A DNA stretch of 20,000 nt from an uncultured virus (IMG/VR IMGVR_UViG_3300042542_005136) (lineage: Duplodnaviria; Heunggongvirae; Uroviricota; Caudoviricetes): the IMG/VR virus record IMGVR_UViG_3300042542_005136. One strand, given 5' to 3'. Below the pieces are notes generated by a model that worked only from the letters and a program-made list of their open reading frames with translations, was not told the origin of the DNA and did no database searches. The position numbers and the translations under genes were made by a program. Numbering within the stretch: position 1 is the stretch's first letter; every line of letters starts with the position of its first letter. Of this stretch, positions 15,116 to 20,000 are shown piece after piece.

Positions 15116-15742
15116 ATGGCTACAGACAAGCATAGCAGTGTGCCTGAAGGATTCAAGGAGATCCCTGGGTATGGCGGGCGCTATTTTATTAATGAAAACG
15201 GTGATGTTTGGAGCATTGCAATAGCAAAATTGATGAGTCAGCAACGGGACGAGAAGCATCCCTATCCATGGCTTTTATTGCGCTGCAATGATGGCAAAAA
15301 TCGAACCATAGCTGTGCATCGCATGATGGGGCGCACGTGGCTTGAATTACCTCCCGGACCCATTGGCTCAAAAAAAGGACAGTATTGTATTAACCATAAA
15401 GATGGTGATAAATGTAACAATAATGTGGCAAACTTGGAATGGGTGACTTGTGAAGAAAACGTTCGACATGCCTGGACAAATGGCCTCAACCAATCAATAG
15501 GGGAGAATTCCCCCGTCGCAAAATTAAACTCTATTGAAGTTCGTCAAATACGAAAAGACTTTATTGATGGCAAATCGTTATCCAGCCTTGCTAGTGAGCA
15601 CAACATGAGCATACAGGGAATTCATGACATTTGTCGATTCAGGAGGTGGAAGACTCAGGATGCAGACTTGCTTGTTGCCATGAAACAGCGATCGTCTTCA
15701 ATCTTTATTGATAGGCTAATCGAAAGGGAATTAAACTCTTAA
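15116..15742 (+). CDS. NUMOD4-HNH homing endonuclease
   Basis: FKEIPGYGGRYFINENGDVWS (NUMOD4); VHR; INHKDGDKCNNNVANLEWVT (HNH); GENSPVAKL plus C-terminal HTH; GAGG RBS before ATG 15116. Confidence 0.9.
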   Translation: MATDKHSSVPEGFKEIPGYGGRYFINENGDVWSIAIAKLMSQQRDEKHPYPWLLLRCNDGKNRTIAVHRMMGRTWLELPPGPIGSKKGQYCINHKDGDKCNNNVANLEWVTCEENVRHAWTNGLNQSIGENSPVAKLNSIEVRQIRKDFIDGKSLSSLASEHNMSIQGIHDICRFRRWKTQDADLLVAMKQRSSSIFIDRLIERELNS

Positions 15743-15745
15743 TTG

Positions 15746-15823
15746 CCGGCTAGCTTCGTATAGTAAAAAATTACTACCGGCTAGGGTTGTATAGTAAAAA
15801 ATTACTACCGGCTAGGGTTGTAT
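15746..15823. repeat. 31-bp tandem repeat, about 2.5 copies
   Basis: GTATAGTAAAAAATTACTACCGGCTAGGGTT identical at 15758 and 15789. Confidence 0.95.
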
Positions 15824-15870
15824 TATGCTCTTTTTGTTTTTTTATGACCTGGCACGCATAGCAGCATAAG

Positions 15871-15886
15871 TAGTACATTTGTACTA
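15871..15886. promoter_or_regulatory. Cyanobacterial-type LexA box
   Basis: TAGTACA-TT-TGTACTA matches RGTAC-N3-DGTWCB. Confidence 0.7.
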
Positions 15887-15914
15887 ATATAAGCAAATCT
15901 TATGATTTCGGCCT

Positions 15915-16051
15915 GATCCATCAGCATTGCTTATCATATAAGGCATCCTAATCGTTTCCGGCTGACTGATCAGCATCCCTTATCATATAAGGCATCCTGA
16001 TCGTTCTTGGCCGATCCATCAGCATCGCTTATCTAATAAGGCATCCTGATC
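15915..16051. repeat. 49-bp period palindromic repeat, 3 copies
   Basis: ATCAGCATnnCTTATCwwATAAGGCATCCTrATC at 15920, 15969, 16018. Confidence 0.9.
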
Positions 16052-16443
16052 AGTACGGTTTGCCGATCGACAATAGGGGGATCCTGGCGGGATTGTCCGC
16101 ATTGTCGACCGGAGAACGGGAGAATCTATGGGCGGCAAACTGTAACGTTTTGCGACATAGGCTTGACCATGGCATCGCATTATCACGATGGCGTTATGGC
16201 ATGGGTCAGTGTGACGGAATGTTACAGGCCTTGACCTATGGGCGGCGCAAATGATACGGGCGGCATCCATGGCACGGTTTGATTGGTGCCCATAGCATCG
16301 CCTGCCCCATAGCGTCAAGGCAACGGCGCGGTATGGTGGCCACCTTTTTAACCGTCCACACTGACCTAGCGTTGACGGTTTGCCGGTTTTACAGTCCGTC
16401 CACGGCTGAGAGATCGGCCGCCCATCTCGCGGACTCTTTAATC

Positions 16444-16587
16444 ATGCGCCTGTCTCCCTTCCCTGTCTTGTTTGCTGCTCTGGCCGTTGGCATCGTTTGG
16501 GCCCATAACGACGCGCAAGCACGCTACGGGCGTTGCTTGGCCCGTCAGAGCGTGGACTACTGCCGCGTTGCGCATTGGGGGCGCTGA
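16444..16587 (+). CDS. Small exported protein with C-x8-C motif
   Basis: Hydrophobic N-terminus then RCLARQSVDYCRVAH. Confidence 0.6.
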   Translation: MRLSPFPVLFAALAVGIVWAHNDAQARYGRCLARQSVDYCRVAHWGR

Positions 16588-16635
16588 TAGCCTCTCTAGC
16601 CTCAGTCCCTGCCATTCTCTCTACTCTCTAAAACC

Positions 16636-17547
16636 ATGCAAGCTACCATTAACTCTCGCGCCAAAACCCCCACTGATCTTAACGCCATTCAGAAACAATA
16701 TAAAATTAATTTCAAAACTCTACTCTCCACCAATCCCAAAACCGAAAAATCTAAAGTCCAAACCTACATTCTACATCTAGCACCCGCTGATATATCAGGC
16801 GTTAACGTTTGCACAGGCGCTGGTAACTGTAAAAAGATTTGCTTGCATTTTGCCGGGAACCCTGTCTACATGACGGCAAAGCAAGCAGCCCGCATTCGAC
16901 GCACCTTAGCTTATTCTGCCAATCCTAGAGAGTTTGCTAAGTTGATTTTGCTAGCTATTCTTGACAAAATTAACAAGCATAATGGCGAACCGTTGGCAGT
17001 CAGACTGAACGGCACCTCTGACATAGCTTGGGAGAATGTAGACTTTATCGTCACGCCTGAGTTTGCTACATTTTGCCGGGTTAAGTTTGGGGCGATCCTA
17101 CCACTAGGACAGCGTAACCTTTTCGAAATTTTTAATTTCATGCGAGACAATACGGGCGAAAATGTCACTTTTTATGATTACACTAAGATTAAGCGTAACT
17201 GGACTGAATGCAAGCGCTTAGGCTATCACCTTACTGTTAGCTACGATGGCGCAGACAATATTGCTAATCATAAGATCGTAGCTAGCGCGTTAGCTGCAGG
17301 CGTTAACGTTGCTGCAGCCTTTGCAATTAAAAAGGGACGGCCTTTGCCTCCCGTTGCATACATCGCGAACCGTAGTTTCAAAGTGGTTGATGGCGATTTG
17401 ACGGACTATCGGCCGGCCGATCCTAGCGGCTACCATATCGTAGGGTTGCGGTTTAAGCTCCCCCACGGCATCGCATACAGCGCAGCAGAGCGCGATGCAT
17501 TCTGTCTTGACGGCCATGGAATGACGGCTGCCCTTAAGCCTGTCTGA
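16636..17547 (+). CDS. GP88-family (phage gene product 88, radical-SAM-like) protein
   Basis: NPKTEKS, LHLAPA, C-x5-C-x3-C, RLNGTSDIAWE, FYDYTK, YHLTVS, DGDLTDYR..DP, IVGLRFK motifs. Confidence 0.8.
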   Translation: MQATINSRAKTPTDLNAIQKQYKINFKTLLSTNPKTEKSKVQTYILHLAPADISGVNVCTGAGNCKKICLHFAGNPVYMTAKQAARIRRTLAYSANPREFAKLILLAILDKINKHNGEPLAVRLNGTSDIAWENVDFIVTPEFATFCRVKFGAILPLGQRNLFEIFNFMRDNTGENVTFYDYTKIKRNWTECKRLGYHLTVSYDGADNIANHKIVASALAAGVNVAAAFAIKKGRPLPPVAYIANRSFKVVDGDLTDYRPADPSGYHIVGLRFKLPHGIAYSAAERDAFCLDGHGMTAALKPV

Positions 17548-17583
17548 TGGGCTTCTGAGGCCCTTAGGTTGATGGTCGATCGC

Positions 17584-17611
17584 AGACCCTGCCATTAGGT
17601 GGGGTCTTTTT
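17584..17611 (+). terminator. Rho-independent terminator
   Basis: AGACCCTGCC-ATTA-GGTGGGGTCT-TTTT. Confidence 0.75.
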
Positions 17612-18136
17612 AATGGGATGAGATAGGGGCAATTCTCAACAAAAACCACTATTGAGAATAACCAATCAGCATTACTAATCTAACCAATCTACAAAACGGT
17701 ATCAACGGCTACAGAATCGGCGGCGGATTGGTGGTAGATTGGCTGCAGCGCAGTAGCACGGCAAAATATTTTACGGGGGTGCGGGGTATCCCAAAATTGA
17801 TGACGGGATATTTTCAAACGACTTTTTCTGCCCAATATTTACACCCACCCCAGCAATTTACGAACGTGCTCGTAAAGCTAGTGCGCACTGCGCGAACGAT
17901 CTAGTCTGCAATGCATTGGAGTGAGCGCATTAAGATTGTTCGTACCAAGGAAAGGCTTACGAGAAGAAGCCGCCCAAAGCGGCGTAGGTTAATGCCTTTC
18001 CCATAGATTTTTCTTAGTAATGCCGTTATGGCATAAATTATTGCTTAATTTTTATTTTTCCATTGCTGCTGCGCACACTTTCAGCGGCTCGAGGCTATTT
18101 ACGAGCATTTAAGCAGAAGAAGAAAGTCGTTTAGGA

Positions 18137-18313
18137 GATGGTTGTTAGAAGAGGCCCTTGGAACAATCGCCTTGGGGGCTTCTGCGCGTATCGGGCCTCT
18201 GCGAAGGGAGCTTATGAAAGCTTTTCGAGAGGGCCAGGAGGAAGGTCGCTTGAAACAATCGCCTTGAGGGCTTCCTTCGCGAGGCGACCTTCCTTGCAGC
18301 GTTAACAACCATC
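18137..18313. other. Two-domain structured non-coding element (ncRNA or origin-like)
   Basis: Perfect 11-bp terminal inverted repeat enclosing two stems that each carry a 24/26-identical motif. Confidence 0.55.
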
Positions 18314-18480
18314 GTTAACTATCTTAGGCGGCTGCTGCGCCTATGCCTATCATATATCGGCCTGTGGGTCTTCTGCGACGGTTTTACTAGGGTTTTGGGC
18401 AATGAAGCTTAAAAATTACAGAATTTCTTAACAATTCAATTGGGAACAAAGCGGCTATGCTGAAGCCTGCCTGAGGAGCC

Positions 18481-18720
18481 ATGAGCTACCACGACCCCTT
18501 TGAAACGGTTTCGGAAGTGCGTTCCGTATGGCGCATCCACACGCCCAGCAGGCGCTATAAGAACAAAGTGCTAGCAATGTTTGAGAAGCTCATGCAACTG
18601 CCCAAAGCCAGCTTTTACAAAACCAGCTTTCCAAGGTACGATGGTTATCAATTTGACCTCCTTTCCTTTTCCATTGATCATGGAGAAGAAAGCTTGTCTT
18701 CTTTTTACCCTGACTGGTAA
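18481..18720 (+). CDS. Hypothetical protein
   Basis: GAGGAG RBS; 79 aa. Confidence 0.7.
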   Translation: MSYHDPFETVSEVRSVWRIHTPSRRYKNKVLAMFEKLMQLPKASFYKTSFPRYDGYQFDLLSFSIDHGEESLSSFYPDW

Positions 18721-19124
18721 TGACTTATTCTCTTGAGGAGCTTTGTCGCCTCGCCACTAAATACGCCCTGTGTCCTGAAATGTCTGAACCTTCCCTTTCT
18801 GAGCTGAAGAAGCGCTTTGCTGGTTTTGAATGGTGCGCCGATAAAGCCACTGCCGCTGCTTTTGGTTATTACGCCGCCATGGAAGAAGCTAATGGCAAGA
18901 AGACCATTACAAAAGGCATTCATGAGCAATGCTCGTCAGTAGTGGAAGAGGCGATAGAAAGGAAAATTGATTCGCTAGAAGCTACGGACAGAATTCTCAC
19001 TCTTGTATATTGCTGGCTTTGCGAAGAAATGATGGAAGACGAAGAAGAACTAGAGCAGCTTGATCTCCTCTTTGGACCTTTTTTGATCAGCAAAGATTTT
19101 GTTGAGAAATACTTAGCGGATTAG
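18720..19124 (+). CDS. Hypothetical protein
   Basis: TAATG coupling; 134 aa, acidic. Confidence 0.75.
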   Translation: MTYSLEELCRLATKYALCPEMSEPSLSELKKRFAGFEWCADKATAAAFGYYAAMEEANGKKTITKGIHEQCSSVVEEAIERKIDSLEATDRILTLVYCWLCEEMMEDEEELEQLDLLFGPFLISKDFVEKYLAD

Positions 19125-20000
19125 TCTCTGTAAAACATTGAAGCCGCATGCAGCACGCTAAAGCCTTCTAGATTCAGTCGCTGAAGACGTTCGGGATAGA
19201 AGCAGGCAAGGCGATGATCTTCCATGTCCTTGTTGCGCAATGCCAAGCGCAAATCACGATCATCCATGTTGCAAGCGCTGAAGGGCTTTTTGAGAATGGT
19301 TTTCACAAAATTAAAAGTGCTCTCAAACAATTCTGGCGAATAGAGCTTTGTTGCTCGGCTATACACTGTCATATACCTTTCCATTGTCAAACGATTGCCA
19401 ATGGCATAAAGGTCGCAAATGTCGTTGCCATGAGCCCCTTCATGCTGCCATAATTCATCTTCGGGCTCTGGCCCCTCGCTTCTTTTATCTCGCCAGCCCT
19501 GTTCCCACCATTTACGATGCTGCTCGCAGCAAGCTAAACAGCCTCCTCCGCCTCCTGGATGCTTATGCACTGCTTCGTTAGAGGCAATGAGCAAACGAGC
19601 AAAGCGAGGGTCTTCGGAAAGAAAAAATTCTCTTTTGTCCCAGCGCTTAGGCTCTATATCAAAACGAAGCTTAACAATGGTGGAATGCTCTATATCATTT
19701 TCTTTTTCCCATTGGATCATTTGCTCATAGCTGCGCTGCATGGAATAGAGCTGCATGCCAATGTGCTTCTTTGCGGCTTGTTTGTCCAATATAAAAGCTC
19801 GTTCAGGCAGTACTAATTGAGCTTCCGCTTTTTCTTCATCCTCGAAGCAATAGTTCTTAAAAGCAAGCGCATCAATCATTTCTTGCTTGCCTTCCAAAGG
19901 CACCTTCACATAGGAGCCTTCAATGCGCTGCCTTCCTCGTTGCTCCACTTGACAATCCACCGTCCAAGAATGGAAAAAGCAATTGACAATGGCGCCATCA
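19121..20000 (-). CDS. Glycosyltransferase-like protein, 5' end outside the window
   Basis: Frame stays open past 19960 (...VNCFFHSWTV); FFHSW, IVKLRFD, DLYAIG and SPE resemble motifs of viral glycosyltransferase-like hypotheticals. Function uncertain. Confidence 0.5.
   Translation of the reverse strand, partial: DGAIVNCFFHSWTVDCQVEQRGRQRIEGSYVKVPLEGKQEMIDALAFKNYCFEDEEKAEAQLVLPERAFILDKQAAKKHIGMQLYSMQRSYEQMIQWEKENDIEHSTIVKLRFDIEPKRWDKREFFLSEDPRFARLLIASNEAVHKHPGGGGGCLACCEQHRKWWEQGWRDKRSEGPEPEDELWQHEGAHGNDICDLYAIGNRLTMERYMTVYSRATKLYSPELFESTFNFVKTILKKPFSACNMDDRDLRLALRNKDMEDHRLACFYPERLQRLNLEGFSVLHAASMFYRD

Noticed and set aside
15040..15745. Group I intron around the HNH gene
   Set aside because: No interrupted host gene and no recognisable intron core; appears free-standing.
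15915..16051. CRISPR-like array
   Set aside because: Intervening segments are only about 14 nt and similar to each other; no cas operon. The Cas4-like nuclease is an ordinary phage exonuclease.

Overview
Fragment of a tailed dsDNA phage genome, most likely a cyanophage (inferred from gene families plus cyanobacterial-type LexA and HLR1-like boxes). Left part: a minus-strand recombination operon (PD-(D/E)XK exonuclease, Sak/DUF1071-like annealing protein, RHH regulator) divergent from a Zn-finger/TOPRIM/AAA primase-helicase. Middle: cassette-like small genes, a TerS-like HTH protein, an RlpA-family lytic transglycosylase, and an array of early-type genes each with the same promoter module. Right: a NUMOD4-HNH endonuclease, a repeat-rich non-coding block, a GP88-family gene, a possible terminus or origin region, and a partial glycosyltransferase-like gene. 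Most notable unannotated signals: (1) a stand-alone ~160-nt structured ncRNA with its own promoter and terminator (10449-10656, minus); (2) a -1 frameshift signal at the stop of the Sak-like gene; (3) five promoter cassettes with HLR1/RpaB-like boxes at fixed spacing and GNRA leader hairpins; (4) a second two-domain structured element (18137-18313). All family calls come from motif recognition; no searches were run.
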